Assembly (NCBI GenBank): GCA_905178155.1
Contig: CAJINV010000002.1
Location: 1,571,738-1,604,962, forward strand
From: Amoebophrya sp. A120
Lineage: Eukaryota; Protista; Dinoflagellata
DNA: 33,225 nucleotides
Direction of reading: 5' to 3'
Part shown: positions 1-11,500 of the stretch, one piece after another
Layout of the letters: every line of letters begins with the position of its first letter
Numbering within the stretch: the stretch's first letter is position 1
Position numbers and translations under genes: made by a program
The notes under the pieces: generated by a model
Databases searched by the model: none
The model's input: the letters and a program-made list of their open reading frames with translations, nothing else
Told to the model about the DNA's origin: nothing

Positions 1-555
1 AGCACGGGGAAAGCGGGAAGCACGGGGAAAACGGCAAGCCAGGGGAAAGCGGGAGGCACGGCGGAAGCGGGAAGCACGGCGGAAGCGGGAAGCACGGCAG
101 AAGCGGGAAGCAAGGCGGAAGCGGGAAGCACGGGGAAAGCGGGGGGCACGGGGGAAGCGGGAAGCACGGGGAAAGCGGGAAGCATAGGGAAGACGGGAAG
201 CACAGGGAAGGTGGGAAGCACAGGGAAAGCGGAAAGCACGGGGAAAGCGGGAAGCATAGGGAAGGCGGGTGGGAAGCATAGGGAAGGCGGGAAGCACGGG
301 GAAAGCGGGGAGCATGGGAAAGGCGGGAAGCACGAGAAAGGCGCGCGGGGGGCACGGGGAAGGCGGGAAGAACGGGGAAAGCGGGAAGAGCGGGGAAGGC
401 GGGAAGCATAGGGAAAGCGGGAAGCACGGGAAAAACGGGAAGCACGAGAAAGGCGGGAGGCACGGGGAAGGCGGGGAGAACGGGGAAAGCGGGAAGCACG
501 GGGAACCGGGAAGCACGGGAAACCGGAAAGCACGGGGATAACGGGATGGAAACAC
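1..555. repeat. Purine-rich minisatellite, ~18-bp unit GCGGGAAGCACGGGGAAA
   Basis: Direct inspection; degenerate tandem copies. Confidence 0.9.
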
Positions 556-598
556 GGGCGGGGGGCGCAAAGAAGGCGGGGGGCGCGGGTAACTAACT

Positions 599-1451
599 AA
601 CGCCGCCGGCGGCAAAGCCCCAGGCGAGCAGCTGCCCACCACCCTCCCCCGGCGCCCTCCCTCTGTTCGCGAAGGGAATGCCGCGCCCCCCCCGGCACCC
701 GGTTTGCAGGCGGGCAGCTGCCCACCACCCTCCCCCGGCGCCCTCCCTCCACTCACGTCACCTCACGAGGAGACTGGCAGAGGGCGCCACCGTCCGCCGC
801 CTCTGTCAGTCTTGGACGGTGCGCGCGAGGCTAGCAGGTGGGGGCGGAGCAGATTACTGCATGCGAGCTAACGCGGGGGGTGCCGCCTGTGTCCGGGGGT
901 GCTGGGGGAGGGTGGTGGGCCCCTGCGCCTGGGGGGCAATGAATGCCCCGCCCCGGCGCCCGTGCTGCCTTCATCCACGCGCGCGGCAGGGCCCCCCGCT
1001 CTGCGAGGCTGCGCGCGGGGGAAGGGCGCGGGGGGCACCAAGGCGCGCAGGGGCAACCGGGGCACAAAGGCAGGCGGCACGAACGGGCCACGCCGCAAAC
1101 GCGCGGGCATGGCGTCACGCGCCAACGCCTCGCATGGCGCGGACTGTTCCCCTGCTTCCTCCCCCCGTCCACTGGCGCCCGCCCGCTGCCGCGCTTTGCG
1201 TTGTTGCCTGGGCCTAAGGCTTGCCGCCACGCAAATGCACGCCCATGCGGGTGGGGTCCTAGCGCTCGCGCAGAGACTGGAACCACGGGCGCCATGGCGC
1301 TCCGCCTACGTTCTGGCAGCAAGAAGCGGCGCAGATGCCTGGCCCCGCCCTGCATCAAAAATTTTTTCCCTTGCCCACCCTCTGGCGTTTTTGTTTCCCC
1401 CCTGTCCACTCGTTCACCCTCCCACTACGCGACATAAGCTGCGGCCTTGTA
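599..1451. repeat. GC-rich ~830-bp dispersed direct repeat, copy 1
   Basis: Collinear with 2997-3822 from AACGCC.CCGGCGG to GCGGCCTTGTA. Confidence 0.9.
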
Positions 1452-1567
1452 ACTCCTATTGCTGAGCTGCGCAAGTTAAAATTTTGCAACGGGAAAGAAA
1501 ATCGCCCGCGTCCAAAATTTTTTGGCAATTTTCAAACTTTTCAAAAGCTGTCGCGATTTGTGAAATT

Positions 1568-1708
1568 GCCCAACGGGAAGCGGCCAACGGGAAGCGGCCA
1601 ACGGGAAACGGCCAACGGGAAACGGCCAACGGGAAACGGCCAACGGGAAACGGCCAACGGGAAGCGGCCAACGGGAAACGGCCAACGGGAAACGGCCAAC
1701 GGGAAACG
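1568..1708. repeat. 14-bp tandem repeat GGCCAACGGGAAAC, ~10 copies
   Basis: Direct inspection. Confidence 0.95.
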
Positions 1709-1709
1709 A

Positions 1710-1981
1710 GTCGAAATATTTTGGAAGTCGAAATATTTCGCAGCTCCAAATATTTTGCGGCTTCAAATATTTTGCGGCTTCAAATATTTTGCGGCTTCCA
1801 ATATTTTGCAGCTCGGAATATTTTGCAGCTTGAAATATTTTGCCGCTCGAAATATTTTGCCGCTCGAAATATTTTTCCGCTCGGAATATTTTGCGGCTCG
1901 AAATATTTTGCGGCTCGAAATATTTTGCGGCTCGAAATATTTTGCAGCTCCAAAATATTTTGCAACGCAAAATATTTTGCG
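1710..1981. repeat. 17-bp tandem repeat GCTCGAAATATTTTGCG with palindromic AAATATTT core
   Basis: Direct inspection, ~16 copies. Confidence 0.95.
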
Positions 1982-2156
1982 GGGTCCCTCGGATCTGCGC
2001 GATCGCGTGGCGATTCCTTACTGAAATCCCTAAGGAAAAAAACGCCAGCTGATCGCGCGTCCGAGGAGAGCACCGCGATCAGGCAGCCGTCCGAAGACCG
2101 AAGGCGGCGATCGCATCCCTGCAAGCTGTACATGGGTTGTCGCCTGTCCTACTGAG

Positions 2157-2641
2157 AAATCTTTCCCCTGGGTAGCCAGAATTGCTGTGCTAAACACAGC
2201 AACTCGGGGAAAGCAAGCAAGCTTCTCCCTCCCCATACCCGTGCCGCCCCTCTGTGCCAAAATCCCCTCACTATCGTGATACTCTCCCAGTACCCTACTG
2301 GGAAATCTTTCCCCTGGGTAGCCAGAATTGCTGTGCTAAACACAGCAACTCGGGGAAAACGAACAAAATTCTGCCTCCCCTTACCCGTACCTTCCCACTA
2401 TGCCAATACCCCCTTATTACCCTTCAACACCCTACTGGAAAATCTTTCCCCTGGGTAGCCAGAATTGCTGTGCTAAACACAGCAACTCGGGGAAAACAAA
2501 CAAAATTCTTCACTCCCTTACCCGTGCCGTCTCACTATGCCTATATCCCCTCAATATCCTGATACCCTCCCAGCGCCTTACATATTGGCAAATCTTTCCC
2601 CTGGGTAGCCAGAATTGCTGTGCTAAACACAGCAACTCGGG
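2157..2641. repeat. Four identical 52-bp cores at 137-150-bp period, each with hairpin TTGCTGTG-CTAAA-CACAGCAA
   Basis: Cores start at 2157, 2303, 2440 and 2590; intervening segments are diverged but related. Confidence 0.9.
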
Positions 2642-2774
2642 CAAAAAAGCGAAAGGCCCCGAAATCCCTGCTGGAAATGCCCTTGGTCATCTCCACCCGA
2701 AATTCCGCCTGGATATGCCTTGGGGGGTCTTGCTTCGCCTGAAATTGCAGCAACACCCGCGCCGCAGATGCCTT

Positions 2775-2855
2775 CTCAAAGTGTTTCCAGCTGGATTTCC
2801 AGATAGAAATGGAGCAGGCCTCTTCAGCTGGAAATCCAGCTGGAAACACTTTGAG
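2775..2855. repeat. Perfect 28-bp inverted repeat with a 25-bp loop
   Basis: CTCAAAGTGTTTCCAGCTGGATTTCCAG (2775-2802) / CTGGAAATCCAGCTGGAAACACTTTGAG (2828-2855). Confidence 0.85.
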
Positions 2856-2996
2856 CAGGCCAGGTGGGAAATGCGTTGAAAAGGCGTCTGCAGCTGCGTC
2901 TCCAGGTGGAAATGCGCTGCGGATGCCTTTTCCAAATGTTTCCAGCTGGATTTCCAGCTGGAAATGCACTGAAAAGGCGTCTGCCGCCGTCTGGGG

Positions 2997-3822
2997 AACG
3001 CCACCGGCGGCCAAGCACCAGGCGAGCAGCTGCCAGCCCACCACCCTCCCCCGGCGCCCTCCCTCTGTTCGCGAAGGGAAAGTCGCGCCCCAGCGCCAGG
3101 CTTGCAGGCGAGCAGCTGCCCACCACCCTTCCCCGGCGCCCTCCGACCGTCTGTTCACGAAGAGGCCGGCAGTGGGCGCCACCATCCGCCGCCTCTGTCT
3201 TGGGGGGTGCGCGCGAGGGAGGCAGGCGGGGGCGCAACAGATTGCACGCGGGCTAGCACGGGGGGCGCCGTTGTTGTCCGGGGGTGCTGGGGGAGGGTGG
3301 TGGGCCCCTGCGCCTGGAGGGCAATAAGCGCCCCGCCCCGGCGCCCGTCCTCCATCCACGCGCACGGCAGGGGCCCCAGCGCGCCCCGTCTCTGCGAGGC
3401 TTCGCGCGGGAGAAGGGCGGGGGGGGCACCAAGGCGCACAGGGGCGGGGCACACAGGCAGGCGGCACGGACGGGTCACGCCGCAAACGCGCGGGCGGGGC
3501 GTCACGCGCCAGCGCCTTGCATGGCGCGGCCTCCCTGTTCCGTCCCCCGTCCATTGGCGGCCGCCCGCTGCCGCGCTTTGCGTTGTTGCTTGGGCCTAAG
3601 GCTTGCCGCCACGCAAACGCGCGCCCAGAGCGTGAGGGCACGGCGACAGGAACCACGGGCGCCATGGCGCTCCGCCTTCGTTCTTTCAGCAAGTAAGAAG
3701 AGGCGCAGATGCCTGGCCCCGCCCTGCATCAAAAAATTTTTCCCTTGCCCCTCTGGCGTTTTTCTTTCCCCCCCGTCCACTCGTTCACCCTCCCACTGCG
3801 CGACATAAGTCGCGGCCTTGTA
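2997..3822. repeat. GC-rich ~830-bp dispersed direct repeat, copy 2
   Basis: Collinear with 599-1451; terminal hairpin CGCGAC-ATAA-GTCGCG. Confidence 0.9.
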
Positions 3823-3889
3823 GTAGTTTAACGAACAAATCTGGTCTACTTCTCTTTATATTTTACCACCTGACTTCTCGCCTCCCGCG

Positions 3890-3957
3890 CTGCACAATGT
3901 TGACGGAACACGACATCATCAAGCCACACTGCACAATGTTGACGGAACACGACATCG
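3890..3957. repeat. Short tandem duplication CTGCACAATGTTGACGGAACACGACATC x2
   Basis: Direct inspection. Confidence 0.85.
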
Positions 3958-4363
3958 ACGAACTTGATGTCGTACATGGAACGGCGGTACATAAGCGCAC
4001 CGCCAGGTCCACGAAAAACCGTTTTTTTTTCTCCTTTTGGGATGGGGTTTATATTAAAAATAATAATAATTTGCTTCGTACGGGGTTGAAATAAGTATAA
4101 GTAGATGTGAGGCGTCTTTCCTGGGTTTAATATCCTTTGACAGTTGACAAAAAAAGGGACAGCGGGGACGATAATTTATCCTTTTCCCTTTTGAGTTCTT
4201 GGGGACGATAATTTATTATCGTATGGGGGTTTATTTTTCCGGGTGGAACAAGTATTACTTTAGTGGGGAGATCATACTTACTTTTTGGGTTAAAAATACT
4301 TCTGAAGAAAGTCCATTTCAGTTTGTGGCTAGGGTTAAAACGCTGTTAGGGTTACCAACAGGG

Positions 4364-4674
4364 TATTACAATGAAAAATGCCCCCTCCCCATATCGGAAA
4401 CGAAATTTGTGATGCTGTATTTGAGTACACAAATCGGCTTGTATTGCTAGAAGGCCAAGAGCCGCAGTTGTGGCCTGAATTGCAGGCAATTTGTCATGCT
4501 GTTTCCCACTTCCAGTTGCCTCGTGTCAAGCTGGAGACGCACTACTTTCCCACGCTAGGTAGCACTACAGTCCGCATCTTCTGCCTTCCAGCATCACAAA
4601 GCTGATTTGTGACCACAAATCTGCATCACAGATTTCCGTTTTGATATGGGGAGGGGGGATTTTTGTTCTTGATA
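4364..4674. mobile_element. Introner-type element, family A (outside the reconstructed CDSs)
   Basis: CAGGG|TATTACAATGAAAAATGCCCCCTCCCCATAT...ATATGGGGAGGGGGGATTTTTGTTCTTGATA|CAGGG; close relative of 25290-25604. Confidence 0.9.
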
Positions 4675-4822
4675 CAGGGGACGCTTTACCATATTTGACG
4701 CCACATCTTCGGATAGTATGAAGATGCCGAGCAACAACGAGTGCTGCTCTCAACATCTCACAAGGAACTCAAGAAAAAAAACGAGGTTTTGGTTTTCTAG
4801 ATGAAACAATTGCGATTGCCGG

Positions 4823-4943
4823 TCGTTCTTGCAGATTAAGTATTGTACAGGGCTGAATCCTTGGGAAAATCGTGGGTGGTGACTTCGTTCTTGCAGGTTA
4901 AGTATTGTACAGGGTTGAATCTCTGAGAAAATCGTGGGTGGTG
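4823..4943. repeat. ~60-bp tandem duplication
   Basis: TCGTTCTTGCAG.TTAAGTATTGTACAGGG.TGAATC...GAAAATCGTGGGTGGTG twice. Confidence 0.85.
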
Positions 4944-5561
4944 GTTCGCGGTAGGTGCGGTTGCTTTTTTTGCGGAAAAAATGTGTAAGAGCTTTTGAAA
5001 AACGAAACTGAGTGTTTGTATGCAATGTGCAAACTTGTTCTGACAAATCTCGGAGTAGTTCTTATGCGAAATGATGATGAAGAATGCTACATGGTAAAAA
5101 ACTGGTGACTTACTTCTTTCAAAAATTTTACGTACGATTTGTTCAGATAAAAATTCATAGTTTTGAAAAAGATTTTGTTATGCTTCGAGAGATTGATATG
5201 AGCTGATCTGCTGAAAGACCAACTTTGTGGCGTTTACGACAATCCTACTACACATCTCCTTGGTATTACATCTCTCTTTTGCTCTACAACCACTGGTGTA
5301 TTTGCTCTACAACGTAGTCGCGTGCCAGGTCGCGAACAGATGCAAGCCCGCGTCTGTCTATCGAGGGTTGGGGTAAGAGGCAACGCCAATCACCACCTAA
5401 TTCTGTCCGTCCGTCCTTTGCATCTCATAAAAGTCGAAACGCAGATCCTGGCTACTAGACATTTGTTGAAAATTCAGAAGATTTTCCATCGGTCGTGGGT
5501 CGTTTTTGAGTTTATTACCTAACCTCAAGGCTGGGCTCGATCTAGAGTTTCGCCCTCTCTT

Positions 5562-8500
5562 CTACCGACGACAACCACCAGTTCCACCTCCAACTCCAGT
5601 TCCACCTCCAACTCCAGTTCCACCTCCAACTCCAGTTCCACCTCCAACTCCAGTTCCACCTCCAACTCCAGTTCCACCTCCAACTCCAGTTCCACCTCCA
5701 ACTCCAGTTCCACCTCCAACTCCAGTTCCACCTCCAACTCCAGTTCCACTTCCAATTGCGCCGACTCCTCGTCTTCGTGCTGAAGACCCCCCACCGCCCC
5801 CGGACCCGGCATTCGACGCGGGAGTCTCAGCGTCCCAGCCGTGCAAGCCTGCAGAACGTTCGTCACACTATCGCAAGGGATAAAAAGCGTCTGCTCTTCA
5901 TCAGGATCATCTTGTAATGCGAAGGACAACATTTTATTTTCATTCCTTGAGACAGTTTTTTCTTGTCATGCTCGAGTTGCCAAGAAGGCGAACTTGTATC
6001 TTCACAGGTTTTGGCTGTCAAGCCGTGCAGCTCCTGAATCTGCAAAGAAGTTCTGAGCCTGAGTAGACCACAACTTTTTCTCGCGATACACACACGTAGG
6101 ACTGCAGAATCACTTCTCCGCCCCCGCCAGTGAACATATCCAGCCTCGGCTGCCATAGGACACGCAGGAGGTCGCCTCGGCTGCCGCTCCAATACCCGTG
6201 CGCGAGGGACTTCGTATCACCTTTTTCCCATGTCTCCACATGTGCTGGGTATTCACTCGAGTCTGACAGTTTCCCATCGGGGTCGTACGCGTCACAGCTC
6301 ATCTCAAACTCAACATCATCTCGGTCGTCGGCGTCCCATCCCAGTTCCGTTTTCCAGTACGAGTAGTCCGCTTTGACATTGGTTTCACCCTTGTCGATAA
6401 GAATCACGCCGTCAGACGTTATCGGGTCTTTGTCGTGTCCGCCCCACCCTGTATGCCTTGCAAATATCGATCTGGGTCTGGAAAGTTTTACTAATATCAA
6501 GTTAATCCATGGCCGGGGAAAAAATGAGCCGAATGGAGCAACGCAAAACCGAAAACCGAGAACCGGAAGTCTCGGTCTCTCTTTTCTCGGTTTCTCTTTT
6601 GCCCGTTTTTCTTTTCTTTGTTTCTCTTTTGTCTTTTCGGCTTCTCTTTTTTGTTTTCTCTCGCCGGTTTCTCTTTTCTTTTCCCACATCGGAAATCGGG
6701 ATCCGGAAACCGGGAATCCAGAATCTCGGTTTGCCTTTTCTCCTCGGTTTCTCTTTTGTCTGTTTTTCTTTTCTTTGTTTCTCTTTTCTCTTTTCTTGGA
6801 AACCGGGAATCGGAAACCGAGAATCGGAAACCGGGAATCGGAAATCGAGAACCGGGAATCCAGAGTCTCGGTTTGTCTTTTCTCGGTTTGGGTTTCTTTC
6901 TCTTTTTTCTGTTTTTCTTTTCTTTGTTTCTCTTTTCTCTTCTCGCTTCTCTTTTCTCGGAAACCGGGAATCGGATGTGAAGAGGACACGCTGTTCGCGC
7001 CTCTTCATTGCGAGAGTGGGACATGGAGGAGTGTTTAGGAGCGTGCTGAGTAGCGACAAGAGCCGCAATGCCAAAGAGCATGGCGGAATGGCTGCAAAAG
7101 ACAACACATCTTTGACGCGCGTCTAGATTTAAACTAGGACTTTAGCCCCGCGGCGCCAGCCGCACGCGGGGAACAGTAAATGCAAAAATGACAAACATCT
7201 GCACACAACATGGGAAGGAATTATGCAAAGACGAGCAGAGCGCAGTGGCGCCAAAGCGCGCCGGCAGAAGCGTGCTCCCTGTTCTCTCCTTCTCGCAAAC
7301 TTTGATACGACAGTAACACAGATCCCTTCGTATCACAATCGGAGACCGAGAATCGGAAACCGGAAATCCAGAGCCTCGGTCTGTCTTTTCTCGGTTGCTC
7401 TTTTGTCTGATGTTTTTCTTTTCTTTGTTTCTCTTTTCTCTTCTCGGTTTCTCTTTTCTCGGAAACCGAGAATCGGACGCCGGGAATCGGAAACCGGGAA
7501 TCGGAAACCGGGAATCGGAAACCGAGAAGCGCAAACCGAGAATCGGGATTCTCGGTTTCTCTTTTCCCGGTTTCCCTTTTCTCTGTTTCTCTTTTCTCGG
7601 TTACATACCTTTTTCTGTTCTCGGCGTTTCTTTTCTTTTCCCGGCCTTTCTTTTCTTTTCTTGGTTTCTCTTTTCTTTTTTCGGCTTTCTTTTTCGTTTT
7701 CTTTTTTCTCGGTTTCCCTTTTCCCGGTGATTCTTTTCCCGGTTTCTCTTTTTTCGGTCTCTCTTTTCTCGGTCTGCCCTTTCTTTTGTTTCTCGGCCCC
7801 TGTGGCCTTTTCCCGACTTCTGTTTCCCTTTCTCGGCTTCTCTTTTCCCGGTTTCTCTTTTTCCGGTTTCCCTTTTCCCGGTTTCTTTTTTCCCGGTTTC
7901 TCTTTTCCCGGTCTCCCTCTTCTCGGTTTCTCCTTTCATTCCCGGCTTCTCTTTTCCCGGCGTCTCTTTTTCCGGCTTCCCTTTTCTCGGTTTCTTTTTT
8001 CCCGGCTTCCCTTTTCCCGGTTTCTCTTTTCCCGGTTTCTCTTTTTCCGGTTTCCCTTTTCTCGGGCGGCTTCTCATTTCCCGGCCTCTCTTTTACCGGA
8101 TTCTCTTTCTCCGGCTTCCCTTTTCTCGGTTTCTCTTTTCCCGGCTTCTCTTTCCCTTTTCCCGGTTTCCCTTTTTTCCCGGTTTTCCTTTTTTCCCGGT
8201 TCCCTTTTTTCCCGGTTTCCCTTTTTTCCCGGTTTCCCTTTTTTCTCAGTTTCCCTTTTTTTCCGGTTTCCCTTTTTTCCCGGTTTCCCTTTTTTTCCGG
8301 CCCCCCTTATTTTCCGGTCTTTCTTTTTTCCCGGTTTCCTCTCTTTCCCCGGTTTCCCCTTTTTCCCCGGTTTTCCCTTTTTTCCCGGTTTCCCTTTTAC
8401 CCCGGTCCCCCCTTTTTCCCGGTCCCCCCTTTTCCCCGGTTTCCCTTTTCCCGGGTTCCCTTTTTTCCCGGTTTCCCTTTTTTCCCGGTTTCCTCTCCCA

Positions 8501-11500
8501 CGCCTGTCTCCCTTTCTCCTCTTGACTTCTCCCAGCTCCCCTTCATACCTCAGACGGCGCTTTTTCCCGGCCGTCGGCCTTTTTCTTCCGGGCCTGCCCT
8601 TTTCTCGGTGCCCCCGGGATCATCACGCACCCCTTTGGTCAGCACACTGAGCGATGCGCTTTCACGCTCACAGGCCAGGAGTTTACCAGGCGGGCCTCCA
8701 TCTCCCGGGCCCTTTGAGACCTATGGACCGTGGGCCGGGGTGGTGTGGCCTCTTTTTGCTCGGCTGTGCGCGCCCTTGCTTTCTCGGACTCAATTCCTTT
8801 GCGTTGCTCCTCGTTGCTCAATGAATTGTGGCGACATGACCTGCCAACTTGTATATAGATGCGGGAAAGGTGGAAAATGCCTGAAAGCACTGAAACCGTG
8901 AAGCACCCAAATCACCCCCCGCGCACCCTTATGCGAAACCACTCTAAGGAAACCCCTATGCGAAACCACTCCGGGGATACCCTTACCCGAAACCACTGCA
9001 GGGACACCCTTACCCGAAACCACTCGAGCGACACCCTTACCCAAAACCACTCCCGGCGCACCCTTACCCGAAACCACTCCAGGGCTTCCCGGTTTCCCGG
9101 CTCCCCGGTTGGTTCCCCGGCTTCCCGGTCTCCGGGTCTCCCAGCCTCCCGCACTCCCAGTCTCCCTGCCTCCCCACCTCCCAGTCCGTAGCTTCCTAGC
9201 CTGCCAGCCTGCCAGCCCAGTCTCCCAGTCCTTAGCCTGCCAGCACCCCACCTTCCCAGCCTTCCCGGCTTCCGGTCTCTTAGTGTCCCGGCTGACTTTC
9301 CCCACCCGTCTGACTTTCCTCAACCTTCCCCGACTTCCCAGTCTTTTCAGCTACCCACCCCCATTTGTCCCCGCGGTCCTTTCCGGCTTCCCAGTCGTCC
9401 CAGTCTTTCCAGCTGTCTCAGCATTTTCAAGCTTTGCAGCTTTTCAATCTGTTTCCCCGCTTTCCCGGGTTTCCAGCCTTCCCGGCTTTTCCAGTTTTCT
9501 CAGCCTTTCGCATGGACTTAGCCTTTTCAGTTTTTCAGTCCTCTCAGCCGCCGCAGCCTTACCGGCTTCCCTAGCCCTCCCAACTCTCGCAGTCTGTGCA
9601 GACTTTCCCGCCTTTTTCGTCTTTCCACTCTTTCCCGTCTCCCCATTGTCCCGAGGGTGCGGCCTCCCTGCCTCCCGGTGTTCCGCCGCTTTCCCCGTCG
9701 CTTCTGCGTGGCTTTCAAACTGTTCGCAGATAGAGAAACAGGCCCCGCAGCAGACACAAGAAAACACGAAAGAAAACGGCCGCTGGAATCTGTTCGCACA
9801 TAGAGAAGGAGGCGGCGCAAACGCCCTCCCGTTCTTTCTAGGCAACAGCCCCAACGCAGCGCCCAAGAAAGTCCCACCGCGGAAAATATGACGCGCGCCA
9901 TGATCATCAAACGCACAAAGTTCTCAAAGTAAACGCACGAGCAAAGAGCCACAAAACGGCCCACACCTGCGGAAAAATAAGATCGGCAAAGCACGACCTG
10001 CCGCGCTGAATGCCGCTCCATATCAGGCTCAGGGCCACCCGCTAGAGCTCCGAAAATATATTTGGCAGAGAGCAGAGCGGCCGCATCTCGAATTTCATCG
10101 ACACACCCAGGCCCCCACTGTCTGGCTAGCTGAAACAGGCACCAAGATGAAGACCGACTTTCCGCGAGCTGTTCTGTTGCAACTCGAATAGTTTTAGGAC
10201 ATAGCGGGCGCGCCCCATATAATAGCCCACCCCTCGCACCCTGCAAACACTTCGCCACCCTTTTTGCAACGTAGCAAACATGCCAGCGCGAGGATCGAGC
10301 AGCCGCTCACGCTCGGACGGCAGCAGCTCGCCGCCTACGAAAGTGCGCAAGACGGCGCCCCAGCAGAAAAAACCCACCCCAAGAAGGTCCGCGGCACCCA
10401 AGCCGGCGGACTTGAAAGGGGTAAAGGGGCAGAAACCCCCGGCGGCACGTCCTTACGTGCCTAAACCGGCGAAAGGAAAGGCCGCCGCGGAAAAGCCGCG
10501 CAACTTGGTGCTGCGCCGCACGCACTTCACTGCGGTGCAGAGGAAGCTGGGGGCGCTGACCGAAGTGCTCAGCGCCACGCCTGAGTACATACTTTGACAA
10601 GGTTGGCGGGGCTTTAGAAGAAGCGAACAAGCCGACCAAGCCCGCTCCGCCCCGCTGTGGTCTTTTAGAAGAAATCCGCACCGCGGGGGATCCGGTGAAA
10701 CCGGTGGAAATGACGGACAGCGAAAAGCCGAATACGGTAGGGGGAGGCCCTCGGAATCTGTTCCGCGTAGAGACATAACCAACGCAGGAAAAAAACCGAA
10801 AACGGTGGGAACACAGTCCTCAGAATCTGTTCGCACATAGAGAAGGAGCCGCCGCGGACAACGAACCTCCCGCCCCCCCCGGCCTCCAAGCAGTTCTATG
10901 ATGGAGAAATAGCCGCCGCAGGAAAAAACCGAAACAAAGCGCCAGGGAAACAGCCCTCGGACTCTGTTCGCACGTAGAGAAACAGCCACCACAGGAAAAG
11001 CCGAAAACGGCAGGGGCACAACCCTCGGACCCTGTTCGCACATAGAGAAGGAGCCGCCGCGGACGCCACGCCGCCCCGGCAGTTCTGCGCTAGAGAAGTA
11101 GCCACCGCAGAAACGAAAAAGCCGAATACGGTAGGGGGACAGTCCGCGGAATCTGTTCGCACATAGAGAAATGGCCGCCGCAGGCAAAAAACCGAAAACG
11201 GTAGGGACAAAGCCCTCAGAATCTGTTCGCACATACAGAAGGAGCCGCCGCGGACACCCTCCTGCCCCTCCGGCCTCAAAGCAGTTCCATGATAGAGAAA
11301 TAGCCACCGCAGGCAAAAAAGCGGAAACGCCAGGGAAAAGGCCCTCGGACTCTGTTCGCACGTAGCGAAAAAGCCACCGCAGGAAAAAAAGCCGAAAACG
11401 GCAGGGACACATCCTTCGGGCTCTGCTCGCACATAGAGAAGGAGCCGCCGCGGACGCCCTCCCGCTTCCCCGGTTTCCCGGCGCCAGTTCTGTGACAGAG

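Noticed and set aside
2157-2641. CRISPR array (palindromic repeat with spacers)
   Set aside because: Spacers are 85-98 bp and homologous to each other, no cas genes are present, and the context is eukaryotic
211-3808. Overlapping ORFs in the left GC-rich region
   Set aside because: They are by-products of tandem and dispersed repeats, and frames are not conserved between the two 830-bp copies
5506-5932. (PPPTPV)n extensin-like or (ELEVEL)n proteins
   Set aside because: Excision of 5869-6088 places the repeat in the minus-strand GTGVGG frame; the others are alternative frames
6497-9891. Long F/S/P/R- or K/E/R-rich ORFs (e.g. 7223-8650, 7786-8901)
   Set aside because: They are translations of stop-poor minisatellites, open in several frames on both strands
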